From: Balanoglossus misakiensis
Taxonomy: Eukaryota > Animalia > Hemichordata
Length of the DNA stretch: 64,000 nt
Direction of reading: 5' to 3'
Assembly: GCA_040954595.2 (NCBI GenBank)
Contig: CM082592.2
Location: forward strand, 8,047,677-8,111,676
The position numbers and the translations under genes were made by a program. The notes below the pieces were generated by a model. The model was not told the DNA's origin. It was given only the letters and a program-made list of their open reading frames with translations, and did not search any database. Shown here piece by piece: positions 1 to 14,800 of this stretch (position 1 is the first letter of the stretch; every line of letters starts with the position of its first letter).

Positions 1-3000
1 AAGAAGAATTTGGCAGACATGACACTCATCATGTAAGTTTGAAGCTTGTGTTATTGACATTGAGTTTAATCAACTAAATAAGTTTTATATTGCCTGTGTC
101 ATACTTCATTTTCTTTCTCCGTGATCGCATAAACGAGTTTTACTTTTCAATTTAAAATCCGCTCCCCAGACCCGTTCTCCAGTGACTTGTTCGCATCAAA
201 CGTCAAGTAAATAGAGAGATTGGGAGAGGGGGGGGGGCAGAGGGAGACAGAGTGCATATACCAACGTGAACATATTGATTATATCATAGACAGTAGAGGG
301 GGTGAGGGAGTGACCCACTGTTTCTCGGACACCTTGTCAATAGCAATCCAGCATTTGCCACGCAATCCAATCAATTTTACGGCCCCGCTGACGATGAAAC
401 CGTTACAGCTCTGGTATAAGCGCTTGTTAACTATTCGAATATAATAGCTTTTTATTGGTAAAAACATAAATGTGCATTAACGTATTAGAGCGGCCTTCGC
501 GCCTAGCAAAAAAACCCGTACTTTTCCATTTCTGTTTTCTAGCTTACTCCTGTTAGGAGAAGAATAGTATGATCAAAAAGGATTATTATAATCATAATCA
601 TAAAATTGATCTTGATAAAGTTTCTTTATTCGACAGTTTTTTTTATTTGCGCTTGTTGACCTTAGTCATCTATTGCCGCCCATCGACTGTAGAGAAGGTT
701 TTGGGAAACGATGCATGCCGAAGTACTTTATTCGTATTTAATGGTCTTATGACACTCGGGTACAATTTCAGGATAAGGTAATATCGATTTAGTTTAAGTA
801 AATGATAAAAAAGTTGCATGGCCGAGTTGAATACAGATCATAATGTATCGTCATGCCTGATTGGCTTGTTGGAGAACAGATAACGATGTTCTACAAACTT
901 ATCTCTCTATCTGCATTTATTTTCCCGCCATAACTCGTCCGATTCGCTCGTTGGTTTTGCCCCAAATTTACGGTGATATGGCGCTCAAATTGGGCACCCG
1001 GGTCTAAGGCGAATGCCCTTCTTGTCGTCGGCGCCGAATAGCCCGTTTTGTCTGTTTCATGTAGCAGTTTACAAATCGCGACGGCGGGAAATGACTGTCG
1101 TTTGACACATTTGGTCGTGTATGTCAACAATGGTCACTATGCAAAACGCGCAACTGGGGACACCCTGACATTCGAAGAGTACCGTACTGTGTTCGCAGAA
1201 TCGAGCAACCCCAATGAAAGTAAACAATTCTCCCCGTATCGACACATAAAAAATCACGTGATGCACAAATCTGAGGATGGTGGAAATCCAATATTTGATA
1301 TCGTGTTAAATAGAAAAAATTAATGTGGTCATAAAAATGGCGAAATTACCCCATGTCGCACGAAACTGTTATCTTTGGAACAGCTTGCATGAAGCTCTAT
1401 ATTGTGGCATGCGGGTTCTTGTTTACCTCATAGCGTTCGGTTTTTGTCAAAAACCAAACAAAAGAGAAGCCTGATATTTTCTTTTTCGGTGGTTGCACAC
1501 CATTGTTTTGCGGATATTGTGGAAATCAAAGTAGGGCAAGTCCTGGAGTGAAATGAACACTGTTGTTCAACTCAAAAGGTGAAATTGACACTCCCAATTA
1601 GCAAGCTGTGAAAATCCACGTCTATTTTTCACTCATTTAAGAGCGTTTCCCGTTGGCGCAATTTGACAACACCATGACGATAAATCCGCGCCCATCGCCT
1701 TTGTGTCGACTTTATTTTAGAAAACTGCCGAATTAGCAAGTTTAAACTTCATTAATAACCACATGATTATCTGTGATGAAGTATTGTTTTCCAGTAGGCG
1801 TCATGAATGTTTGTCTAATTAGTCGCATTTATCTGTTACTCGTGTAGATTTTTTTTTCGCCTAATGAAGCAGGGTGCGGAAAATAACAGCTGGGCTTCTG
1901 AGGGCCGCTGCCATGCAGAAACGGACGCGACGCATCTCAGACAAAAACAAGGGAGGTGACGAGTGGACGAAAATATCCTGAGCGGTGGCGTATAAAGTGT
2001 GAAAATTGGCGCGACAACGACAACTGCCAATTTCAAAAAGGAGAAAAATAAGCTCGGCGTCTTGATGATTACGTCAGCATCGGTGAAATTATACTTTAAT
2101 ACATTCGCTCCAATGACTTCTCCCAAGAGCGCCTGGCTGACACAGACTCATCCGGCCCGAAGGAATAATTTACACCACTAGTGACAGGATAATTCAGGAA
2201 ATTAATAGAAAAAAGACCTTTCTAGCATTTCCGCGAAATGTGGGTGTTTCCCAGGCTACGCAACGGAAACGCTGTGTTTTTTTCTTCGTATTTCTGGACA
2301 GAATTCACGCAGCTACCCTGTTTATCAAAGCATATATTTCGCATCAAATTGATCGTCAATTTCGGAAAATCGGTGCGGTAGAAAGAACCGGTTAAGCGAT
2401 CGTAAATTTAAGTTTGACACCCCCCCCCCCCCGAAAAAAAAATTATTCTCTCCAGAATTTAAAAACGCGGTTTCATTTTTGCACGTAATTGTCTTCCTGG
2501 AACAATAATTTAGCGAAAGAAAAGCAGCAACATGTTTTTAATTACGTGCCGCCAGCCCGAAACAACCCACTCATATTTCAGGAGATTTTAAATACATGTA
2601 GCCTAGTGCTGTTGGTATACAAGTTACAACTGTGGCCTGGGCACATACATGTGATATTGAAAGCCAGTCGGGCGAATTCAAGCTGACTACAGTTACTTCA
2701 CAAGTTGCCCGCGTTCTTGTGTAAACTGTTTGGCAAGGCGTCGTGACCCCGCAGGTTCTAAAATACATACGGGTAAGTTATCCGCTGATAAACAGCCACA
2801 ATGACCCATTAAAAGTACATACGTTTCGCCAAAGCTGTCACGAATAAATTTTCCCTGTGAATTTCCACGGCGACGATTGTAAGGAAGATTTATTACGTTT
2901 GTTTTCGGTGTCGTGTGTTATTTGTTCTTTCACACGTCATCCCCGCCTCGCGTCAACCGTGCGATCAGATGCCCAATCTTTCAGCGGCGCTTCGCGCAGA

Positions 3001-6000
3001 CAACGGGATGTCTCCGAGAGTTCGTTTTGCTGTCGCGCCAACGCTCTGAAGATTCTGAAACATAATTTTTTCCCCTCCCTGTGTCATGGACGCGGGAGTT
3101 GGTGTGAAGTGAGACGAACTCAATCCTGATCAGTCATACTTTAGCCGTCGGTCCCATTTTAAGTACACGATATTCATTTCTACTGCACAGTCAACTAAAT
3201 TAGCTACTCAGCCACTCAATCCGAAACGTCTCACTGCACATATGAGAAATAACTGCGCGCCTGAACATCAAACGATATCGATAGAAACGCGACAGTTTGA
3301 CAATCACGTATTGTATGCAAATGGCGGAGATGATTGGCAGGTGAAGAGTAGCAATATTGATTTGAATAATAGTCAGTCATCACCTCGCCACTATTGATCG
3401 GGACCCCCGGGGGCTCCTTGTAGCATCGTGCCTTGAAACAGCAAAATTGCTCTATTTCCATCCTATGCCCAATAACAACTAAATTGATTGGCTGAAAAGA
3501 TGTGCAAATGAATTTTTCCCCAGTTGACGGTGATTTGATAACGAAGTGTTGAATTACGAGTAATCGCCGCGTAATTCGATTTTGCCAACTCGCACGCAGT
3601 GCAAATTTGGGGCGAATACCTAGCAAAAACTCCGCGACGGGCCTTCGACATACTGTGATTTCCACTTTGATACCAACACTTGAAGACGATGTATCTGCAG
3701 GTCAATGACCTCAGCAGTGAGCCCGTAAAAAGTAACACAGTAAACTGATCTTAAAATCATCAGTCTGCGTCACAAAAATCGATTCTCTTTGGAAAGTGAA
3801 AATCTGCTTTGTTTTGAAAAAGTATTATATTTTTTTGGTTTTGTTCCGTACATTGAGGCTAATCCTTCAATAACATTCTCTCCGAAGTTCTGTGGAGTTA
3901 CTTAAAAAAATATTATTCCCTAAAAAGCGCCGAACGGAAAGGAATGACACAATGAAGTATACACGCGCTTATTATAGTCAGAAACAGGAAAGGGGAGCTC
4001 ATCTTAATGCGCCTGCGCAGTCCCATTACGCCGGCCTATATCATTCGTTTAATAAAGAAATATCAACAAACTTAACCTTCGTGAATGGTAGTTGACACCT
4101 GTGTCACTGAAGTACTGTGGAACAGAGACTTAACTGTTTTACACCCTGAGTCGTGAAATCAAAAGCGCTCGGCTATCTCAGAGCTTTTACGATATCCGTC
4201 GCCTCATAAGGCCCTCAACATCGTAAAATGCCTCGGCTCAATTATATGGCGTATTTACAACTTACCATCAAGCGATATACAGTTATTATTTTTTATGAAA
4301 ATTCTCACTAAAAGTGTTTTGGGAAGATATATCACCTTGAAAGGGAAGGGATCGGTTTGTATAAGCGCCTTTCCGTTGCCTTTTCCCTCTGATGTTCCCG
4401 ACGATCGCGCGGCTGGACTGCTGCAACCCAGCACGAAGGCGCGAACGCATCCTTTGTGCAGTTTCCGTATGTGGGGGGTTTTGTGGGTTTTACTGAACGC
4501 ACTCGCGGGAGCGCCATATCTCACTGTACAAACAAATCAGAAATATAAGCGCAATTTCGCAACATTTGAAGTTAAATTTATGAGGTGATGTGAACGGGGG
4601 CACTGCGAAAGCCCGCTGACAGAAAGTTCAATCGGTATCGTGAAGAAAAAGACACACAGGTTTTAGAGGCACGCCCAAACTTTTGTTAAACGATATATAA
4701 CGAACTGGTAGTTTACAGACGCATTCTTTGGCCGTGATCAGTTCATTACACCATTCTTGTTTTTTTCTTCTCCACTCGTTCTTTCCGTCTTTCTTTCTCT
4801 TTTTTTGCGGTCAATCCAGTGTTGCCGTTTCACAACACGTATACAGCCACCCATCGGAATCATTTGATGCTCGTGACGTCACGTCCATGAAGTAAACGGC
4901 GGAGCTTTCATTTGTGCCGCCCGGAGACGTGAAGTGGAGCGCAGCGCCCTTCTGTTTATTTGCTTCGGCGTTTTGATTTTTACCTAAAAACCGCACTATT
5001 TGTCCCAATTTGTCGACCTGCTTGGTGCACATCGCCCATGGCCCCATAAACACGGATCATAAAAATGCACAACAATACACATGCATGACGGTAAAGCTCG
5101 CAGTCTGATTCCTTCGTGACGCATAACTCTCGTGTCGGAAACTTCAACGATCGGTTTTTATGCATATTTTAAGGAATTGGTTCCCCGAAGTTTCTTATGG
5201 GTACACTATTACATTATCTTCACGGGGGCGTCATCACCTGTTGTCCCCAAGTCTCCTGGCGGAACAACAGGAAGAGAACGGCATGACGTCAGAACGAGGC
5301 GTTGCCGCGCGAAATATTTCAAGAATCGTACAGCATTGACCGGGCGCGTCAAAAGTTGGACTCATACATTGAATAATTCCCAGTTCCATTGGTTTTTATG
5401 TTTTTCCTGTGAGTGAAGATTAAATGAAACAAATACTTGCCAATACAAAAGCTTAGTCATGACTTCCAATGAAATCTTTGGTAGGGACGGCCGTCGCACT
5501 TTTAATTTATTTTATGGACATTTTCCCTGGCTTTGGCGTACAAGCCCCCCGGGCGCAATTCCCTGTAGTTCCGAATGCGACATTTTATGGCCAGCCGGTG
5601 GCTGTTTCGCGGATAGCAGCGAAAAAAGGCGATAATTCCTTTCGAGCGGCCCGTATTATCGGAAATCGCCGACGCAGGCTCTGCCCGCTTGTTCGCGCGG
5701 CCAATCACTCGTGGTGGCACGCGTGCTTGTCACGACGGAGTTCATTATAAAACAAAGCTTGCAGTATTAAGGATATTACAAATCCGAGTTTATTGGTCCC
5801 CGGGAGTCGTAATTCCTTGGCGGGATTAATTCTGCGTGATTCTGAAACTGCATCACGGAGTTTGATGTCCTTGCGAGAAGGAAGTCTACAACAGCGTGTG
5901 AAAGACGATATCATCAGAGCCGCGCAGAAAGACAAAGGGCCTGAGTGGATTTTTACTGGTTATAATTCTCCGATTACTTTAATTTTTAAAACCCAGGGTG

Positions 6001-8760
6001 CTAATTCGAAATATGGGATGCGTATTTGCTTTACCGACCCTTTGCTTTAGCCGAGGTCAACCGTCACGTTTATTAGGATAAAAAAATATCCGACTGGCAT
6101 GGCTGGCAAAGTTACTGCTATTGAACACATGACATTTTGGCGGGCTATTACTTTTTCCTCGAACTTAAAGATTTTTTTGTCGCTTAGATGTTTTAATGGC
6201 GAGGTGGGGGACACGGGCGTTTGTTTGTCGGCGGCACTGATGCGGTTGTGCATGCAAGGTGCGACTTTAGCACGTGTGATGTCCTCAGGCTACATCGCTC
6301 AAGGTGGCCCCGCTTTGGCGGGAAGATCTTCACCCCGGTTGGCGCGAGTCACCGGAAGCAGACGACTTCTGAATCATGACACCCGCGTCTGCGTTCTCCA
6401 TCCAGCAGAAGACACTTCAACGCGCCAAACCCTCATCAGAGCGCGCGATGACGACCTTTAGCAGTTAGCACTGAGCCAATTTTAAAACCACATGGTCGCA
6501 ATTTGACAAATTGTGAAATAGCTTCTCTTCATCTTCGGGCAGCGAATTTGAACTCCCGTAATTGAAAGTTTCGACTTCATCGTGAGTCACTTTATTGGCG
6601 TTTCATGGACACAATATAAATTTATTCGCCGGTGAATGGAAAATGATTAAATTTCTGAAAGAGAGGGACTTTCTTTTTTATTTTATCTATTACAGCACCT
6701 GACACAGCGATATAATTAGGTTTCTCAAACGTGTCATCGTACCACACACGCAAAACTCGTATCCTCTCCCATCGTGCTCGGCCAAGTCAGCCAGAGAACT
6801 CTAAACGCCAAACATCACCGAGATTTTTTTTATAGAAATTTAAAGAATTGTCTTCTCTAATCGCATTTGGAACAGACGCGAAAACGTTGGAACACTTTAG
6901 GTTGTCTAACAATTCAGCTCAAGATTAACGCGAGATTCCCGGGAGCCGATCGATACACGAGTCAAACTGTCAGAGAGGGCGCGCCCGGTCTCCAGACAGT
7001 CTTTTGCGATTTCCAACGGGCCAATGCTCGGAAATGGAATTTAAATTATTTCATTGCTTTTTTTGGTCTTTGTCTCCACTGTGACGTCACTAAGCCCAAA
7101 CGTGAGATTTGGTGAATACGCACGAATCTTGACACCGGTTCGAGTTCAAGTTCATGTCCAACTGGCTTTCCTCCCGATGAGATAGAGAAAAGTTGAAATG
7201 GGAAAAGAGAGAGAGTCAGATTGAGAGAAAGGGGACAGAGAGACTTCATCGTAAGCCAAAAATAAAGCCCATCTTTGAATCGCATTCATTCAGTTCAATA
7301 TACAGTAGCTTCGGCACATTAAACACGCCATTCCTGTATATAGCCGTAATGAGGCTAGTGTCGCGAACTTTCAAGTCGCTTTTCCCGTCATTCCATAAAT
7401 ATTAAACATAATTAGATAAAATAATTATTAAATTTTATGGTGGCGGGGCTGCGGCAGTGCTCAGTTAGACACGGCTTCGTTGTTGATTTTTAAAAGCTGC
7501 ACTAAATATGCGCCCGCTCACAATATCGCTCGGCGGCCGCTTTCAGGGAGACTCTCTTTAAACCCGCGGGTCCCAGTGACAATTAAAACGGGCGTAAAAA
7601 CCACAATCTCTGTATTCTTTTCGTGTTCCTTACTCAGGTCTCGTCAAAGAAAATTTTATGGTCCCGAAAAAAATATAAAATTGTATATGACGTCTTAGTG
7701 GGTTCCCAATTTATTTACGCGCATGTGCCGACGCGGTGGTTCGCGTAGGCGCTCATATCCTCCATCAACACTCGGTTTAACAGAATATTAAAATTGCTTG
7801 TCGCTGACCTGGTGAAATGTTACATCCATTTAATGTGCCTGGTGCGGCTAATACGGCCGTAAATTCTACAGGCAAAATAAACAAAGACATTTAAAGCCAC
7901 AAAATAAAATAACTACTACTTAGGGCCGAGACACTTCCCCGCTGCTTTGTTGACCCGGGGAATCGATAAAGTGCGATAATATTTTGCCAAGTCAAAACCG
8001 TCGATTCGGAGTTTTGTAAAAAAAATCAAACGCGGCCGTCACAATAAAAAGGGTTATTGCATGATCTGAAATTGGTTGAGAAAGTCATGTCCACGGAGAC
8101 CACACGGAATCGTCGCGCGCAATCTTTGTGCCGGCGAACAAGCCACACGGTAAAGTCATCCCCGCAAAGCTGGCGTTTTATGGCTTTCAACATTTCGGTG
8201 ATTTAGAGGCCCACACGCTCAGTCACGCGTCATGGGAGAGGTCACATGACCTCCGCCGACGTGGTAGCACGTTTGGAGAGAACTCGTACATACCCCGCTT
8301 AACAACTTGTTTGGGCCGCCGAGCTAAACTACAGGCATCGCAAAAATGCGAGGGGTCGCCGCTCTCTCGGTCTCTTTGCTTGATTACATTCCACGGACCC
8401 CGCTCATTTATTTCGTCTGTTTGTGCGTACCGAACGCCGCGAGTACGCCTGTACTCGGACGCGCAAATCAGGAGGCCGATACACGCCGTTTAGGATGAAT
8501 GAAGTACTAACAAGCTCATATTAATATCTGCACCGACCTTAAAATTGTTCTACCGAGAACGTAATATGGGCCCGGACCTTTAGAATCAAGTGGCTGTAAG
8601 TTTTTAATTTAGAAATGCCGGGCCCGGCGCGCATGCTGCGTAAATCAAAGTATTAAATAGATATAATTGTGTGTGATACGTGATAGATTTTAGACATGCG
8701 CATATAGAAAGGCACGTTTTTATCAATGCAAAATTTGAAAGTACTTCTGCACATTGCAAA

Positions 8761-8771
8761 ATCTATCTATC

Positions 8772-8868
<97 letters not shown>
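8761..8868. repeat. (TATC)n tetranucleotide microsatellite
   Basis: Roughly 26 near-perfect TATC units. Confidence 0.97.
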
Positions 8869-11800
8869 CAACACTTCAAAAATCATTCACATTTTAACTT
8901 TTCCGCATATCTGACCAAATTTCTTTCACCTTGCCTGTTTCCTTTTGGAGTAGGTCTTCACGCTAATTTATAAAGAAATTCTGATGAGATTGTTTGGAGC
9001 AAACTCACGCGACTTCAAGAAAACGCATGGGACATTCCTGGCCGCGATCACTTCCAATCCGGCCACTTTCACACCGTCGCAATAAAGAAAGGCGACAACC
9101 GAACGACAGATTGTGTCAGTGCATCCCGCGCGCGCGAAAAAAAAATCCGTGTGAACAAGGTCAGGAGGTCGCTCATAGTCGGCCTCATTGCGACTTGATT
9201 AAAGGCAAAGAGCTGGCTGAAACGGGGCTAATTCTGATTACGAGCGCATCCTGCCTTGTGACCGAGCTTCCACTGCCCCACACTGACAAACCGTGCACAT
9301 AAAATTTAAGCTTAATACATCAAAACAGTTCCGCTTCGATCACAGAGATCATATGTTTGCCGCGGGCAAAGCGAGAGTCACGTAAAATTTGAGAGTTCCG
9401 TCGAGATTTGAGCAACATCCACTCGTAAAAACGTATTTACCATTTCCATGGAGCACAGACTCCGCGCTGGCTCCCCCGACAATTCTATCTAGTCAAATTT
9501 GGAAAGTTTTCTTGATTAGCACGATCGCAATATCCAAATGAGATTATTCCAGAAATACCCCCTTGCGGAGGTAGCAAATTTCCTTTCGTAGACCAATTTT
9601 TTTCTCCTTCAAAATCGTGACAAAACTGATTCCAGCGTCTGGCATACAGCTGGAAGACAGATTAATCATCGACCAGAAAATAAAAGCTTTAGAAACACAC
9701 ATCCACACATTAAACGCCAGGGCTTATGATATATACGCTTTGCACAGCATAAGAAAAACAAAGCAGCCATGCACACTTCCCGTGATGAACAGTTGTGTTC
9801 AACTGTCTATGATTTGATCTTCTTTCTTTTAACCTAGCTGATCGTTTTCCACGGGGCAAGCTATTCTAAGATCCCCGCTAATAGGCATGAATAGTCCTCA
9901 TTGGTCACATTTCCTGGTACAGAACATCACTAAAAGCCCGATACGATGGCAATTTCACGCCTTTTGCCCTGTACACAAGGCGGCTATTGCTCCCCCATTA
10001 TCTCCATCCCATCGCCATGGTAACCCGCGGAGTGGACCTGACGCGTCTGCCGATCACGCTCGCCGATAAGTCTCTCGGTCACTGAGTATATACGGCCGTG
10101 TTGATGGACGTTTTAGAGAGAGAGAGGGGGGGGGGAGTTTGTGAAAAATTAATAGGGATCGAAAATCGCTTTCTGTCAAGTACTGATAAAAGAACAGAAA
10201 AGATGTAGCATTGAGAAGATAAAATTCACCGCACATCACCTCCTTTGAAAGGTTTCCGGGTTTATCTCCCGAAAACAATGACTGCTGCGATGCCCGATTG
10301 TAGATAGAGACTTCGTTTAATCGAGAGGGTGATATTTGAACCGTTAGCGGCGTTCACCGATAGAGATGATCTTCCCTCCTGCTTTACCTGTCACTTAGAA
10401 GGACCCTCTAGGCGTGGCGAAAAGGGCGTGCGTTACTAAGTGACACGAAGATGAGGGTGCTTTCGGGGATTAAAGAGAAAGGTTACTCTCTCTGTCTCTC
10501 TCTCTCCACCTCAGAGTAAGTTGAGTGCATTATTTACGGGCGCTGAACACTGTTAACGATATTCCCAACCACTGGCGCCTCGCTTATGAACTTCATTTGT
10601 GTCCCTTTGTCCGAAAGCATTGATTTCGATTTCAGTTGACTTTGCTACCGGACAGTATCAGCAAAAGCTAATTTGGCGGCCTTTGTCAGTTCGGCTATAA
10701 CTACTGGCTTCCCTAAATTAATGCCCGGCGTTTATTTGTTCGTCTTTTTCTATTCCATCTGAATCACCACCGCCTTCATCTTTTTCCCCCCCTAAAGTCG
10801 TCTTGGGGAACGCCGCGCGAACTACTAGCCGCGCCAAAGATGAGCCCCCGTCATTAAGTTTCTTTCTTGTCAGGGCGAGCGTGTGATTTCCTGCATTCCG
10901 TTTGGCACTCGGCGAATCGGATTTCTCGACCCGTCTGATCTGGGTTTTAAGTCTGAGGGTCTTTGAAAAGACTTGACTGGCGGCGAAATTACACAGTGGG
11001 GTTGTTCTTGTTCGACTATTCATTTTATCGCTGTCAAAGAAGAGGTAACACATTTCATTTTATAAAAAAAAAAACAGATTTATAAGTATTCCAAACCTCA
11101 ACAGTAAGCGAACATCTGAAAGATAGGTATGTAGGCCTAATAGGCACGTACATATTTGTACGATTCTACAAAAATGCAATTGCAATGAACATCATCGTAT
11201 GACTTTGGAAGAAGTACACGTCGACTCCTTCTGAATTAAAATGACACCCGCAGACGAGCGTCGAAATTTCTGCTTTCATAGGTACGACAAGGGCTGTTTA
11301 CTTTTCAGCTTACCCGTTTCTGCTCAATTTCTTATTCATCGCCGCGAAAAACGAGCGTTTCTTTCACAGCTCCAGCCAATAAAAGCAGGGAGCTCACAGG
11401 CGCAGACGCGCTGGCACCTTCTGGGTCCAGATCACGCATAGATCAGAAAGGGGGGCTTGTTTTTTACGCGCCGATCACGCCTATTGCAGACACTACAGCA
11501 ATCCGCCCAGAATAGTGCAGTGCATCGATTCGTGTCAAATCGACACAATAGACCAAGCCCCCACTGAGAAATCCTAATCTCTGCTCATAAATAAGTGTGT
11601 AATTAACAAATTGTGACCAAAAGGGGCAATTATAAACGACTTTACAGAAAAAACAGAAGCCAGTGGAGTGAGGAAACTGTCCATTATAATTTCCAGTCGA
11701 GCTCCGCTACAAAGACACTGGCGTAATTCAGCACAAAAGTCTTATTGGTAAACGTTGGCAATTTCACTCGACTAATTGCAGTGCATGTAAACGGCACAAC

Positions 11801-14800
11801 TGCGAATTCGGAGACATCGTTTGATTGCTTGCGTCCATTCTTGATTCTCTGTATCGACAGACTTTGGCCATTTTTTTCTCCGGACCCTCGGTAGACGCTT
11901 GCAAATTGTTCTTTCGGGTTATCTAAGGCACCATCGCAGACGTCCGAGGGTTTGTCGACTTGCGTGATCATGTGCATGTCAAAATATTTCATCGATGTTT
12001 AGTGACTCTTATGATATGAATAATTAACAGGCATGCATATTTCATTCACGATTGCTGATCGACTGTCAGCTCATTTTGAGGTCTGCCAAGTAGTCGAAAC
12101 AAGATCATTTCATCATTGTTGGGGAGATATTTTTTTATTTCACAACAAATTTTTTGATTGTAAAAAAAGACCTTGTTAATAGGAATGCATTTTTTTCTCG
12201 AGATAAGCTCAGATGGCGACATTGCGGAGATTAGACTGAGACACTCCAGCGGATCGGATCAGCGTCTGAAACGGATAGTGGGATTCTGACGGCCAGCTCT
12301 GAAGGAGGCGAGCGATGATGGCAGCAAAGAAACACCCGCGACTCGGCTTTCATGATCCATGGAAGCATTTGAAAGATCAAACTCTTGGCTAGCCCCGGAG
12401 GTGTTCTTGCCCCAGCTCCGATCCTAAGCTGTAATTCAACTAATCACGGGAGTATATGTCGGCAGATCTTTTTGACGTGGCACGGAGAGGGGGGGAGGGG
12501 CTCCTCCTCCACATACGACAGCCCGCTGGAGCAACGGAGCCAGCCTTCACAGTTTATGGCCGCAGTAAACGTTTTTGTTGTATAATTTAAAATAATAACG
12601 ACGATTCCATGACTGAAGTCCGTGGATTCTTTCTTATTTTGTTTGGTTGTTATTGTGTTTGTTTGTTGTTTTCCTTAATTCTTGATTCGGCATTCACCAG
12701 ATCATACACCCTCTGTTGGTGATCAGTGCGTCGGAATCATGGCGTACATGCGCTCTGTTGCTGCCGTAAAAGTTTTATAGTGTTGCAGTACAACGCAGTT
12801 GAATTATCGCCTCGATAAAATACTGTTTCTTGTCAAAGTTTAATGGCCAGGCTCCCATTTTGTATTACCCTCTACCCTAATAGGCCATTCCTGGGCAATA
12901 AACAAAATTGTCACCGCGCCACGTAATGCATAGTCTGTGCGCGCAATGGCCACTGGGAATTGCCGGTTTCTGATAGAGTCTTTACCCATCAGGCTACCTG
13001 ACTGATCCCCTTTGGTCGGCGCGTGGCATGACCTTTCGCCTTGTCAGCGATTTCCAGGCGATATTTCTTCACTTACTCCTCACTCTTGGGTATGTTCAAA
13101 CCAATAGCATCACGACTCGTGTAAGCGATATGCATACGAGTGCGTGTTTCCTCGTTCAGTATGGTGTACGAGTCGCGCTCTTTAACAGATGAAGAGTGTA
13201 GTTGGCGCCGACGCGAAAGTGTCATCACAGGTCTTTGTTGTTTAACTGCTAACAGTTTGCTAAGCCGTTATTCAACGCGACGCTGATAATTTTCGGCTTT
13301 GTCTTTCGGCACTTTGCTGTCGTGAAATTTTTGCCAAGTTTATGCCAATAAAGCTTGACGCAAAGCTTGAATAATGACTACGTCACACGCGCATGGCGCT
13401 TTAATAAGTTCGCGTAAATGCTGTTTCTCTCCTCCACAAGAAGCGCGCGTCAGCGTGGAGAAACGATACACTCAACTCAAAAACTATACCCCAGGAAATT
13501 ACTACATGCATGACGAAGAATGAAGAAAAAAATCACCCGACGAACCTGAAACTAATATCAGATGACTAAAGCCAGCCTCTTTATCTTTCTAAGGGCCTTA
13601 AAATTAATGCACAGATTGCAATGATGGCTAATTGTACACATAATCCAAAAAGCATCGTTTTATAGGCATGGCTTGAAATAAACACAAATTCCCCCAGATC
13701 GCTTGAACTGTCGCCGTAAAATGTAGTCGCAGCTTGATCATTGGAAAGGCGAGTCTTTAAACGCGCGGTTTAATCCAAATTGCGGCATGTGAGTTGTATT
13801 TTTTACAAAAAATATATATTTATGCTTCCCGCCAAATGCACCTATCATGGCACGCGGCAAAACTTAGCGGGAACAGAAACCAAAACTACGTAAAAATATA
13901 ATAAATTGAAAATAAAGAGAAAGAGTCGAGGATGAAGTAATGTTAGTCGAAATGTTTAACTCTGGGATAAATTTCCTGGGTGATTTGATGTAGCATGTAT
14001 TGTGGTGTAGCAGATGAGCGGCGTTGCCTGCAGGCACTCGGCTAACAAGTGTCGCAAGAGCCGTTTTTGTGCGCGACTCGACCTAGCGGCGCCGCACCTC
14101 TAATAACGCAGCCGAAACGCTCAAAAATTAGAAACACAAACCCAGTCACGTGACCGTCTACCTGAAAGCTTTTTTTCCCTTTTTTGACAGGTGCAATAAA
14201 GACACGAAAGCGCTCGAGGGGGATATAAAAAGTTACAGAAAAATATCCTGTGAGGTCAGGTTATGCAAAATGCTTCTTTTTCCCGCGCGCGCGAAATGCC
14301 GACGGCCACAAGGCAGCGTTTTAAAATTGTTAATTTTTCATTAGCTTCTGCGGGGGGGGGGGGGTTCATTGTCACGGCCACTCCGCGCATTCACCGTCAA
14401 AATGCCAACTTCACGGTCAAACGTCTCGGAGGAAACAATAATGTGATGACCCTGTAATTTATTTCAAACGATCGCATTCTTGGCGGGAAAGTCTGTTCAA
14501 GTGACGCAATTGCGCAGAATCCAAATAAGTGTTCATATTCAAATAATTTACATTTTATGGAAGGACAAATATTCTTTGGCGTTCGGTGGTCGTGACTGTC
14601 TGAAAAGGTGTGTGTTTTTTTTGCAACGAGGTGTCATGCCCAGCAGTCCAAGTCGTATCACTTCTCCATCTAATGCTGTAATTAAGAGGTCTGTCACTGC
14701 GACAGCCGCCATTACATCAATCAGAGAGGAAAGCAAGATGTCTGCCACGGCTATTACCATCTTTGATTGATCTGTAGGTAATGAAATCAAGAAGGAATGC

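Noticed and set aside
7137-7147. GGTTCGAGT B-box-like word
   Set aside because: No A box or cloverleaf; not a tRNA or SINE
8761-8868. Regular repeat considered as a CRISPR-like array
   Set aside because: Simple tetranucleotide repeat with no spacers; eukaryotic context
8680-8973. ORFs with IYLS repeats
   Set aside because: Translation of the (TATC)n microsatellite
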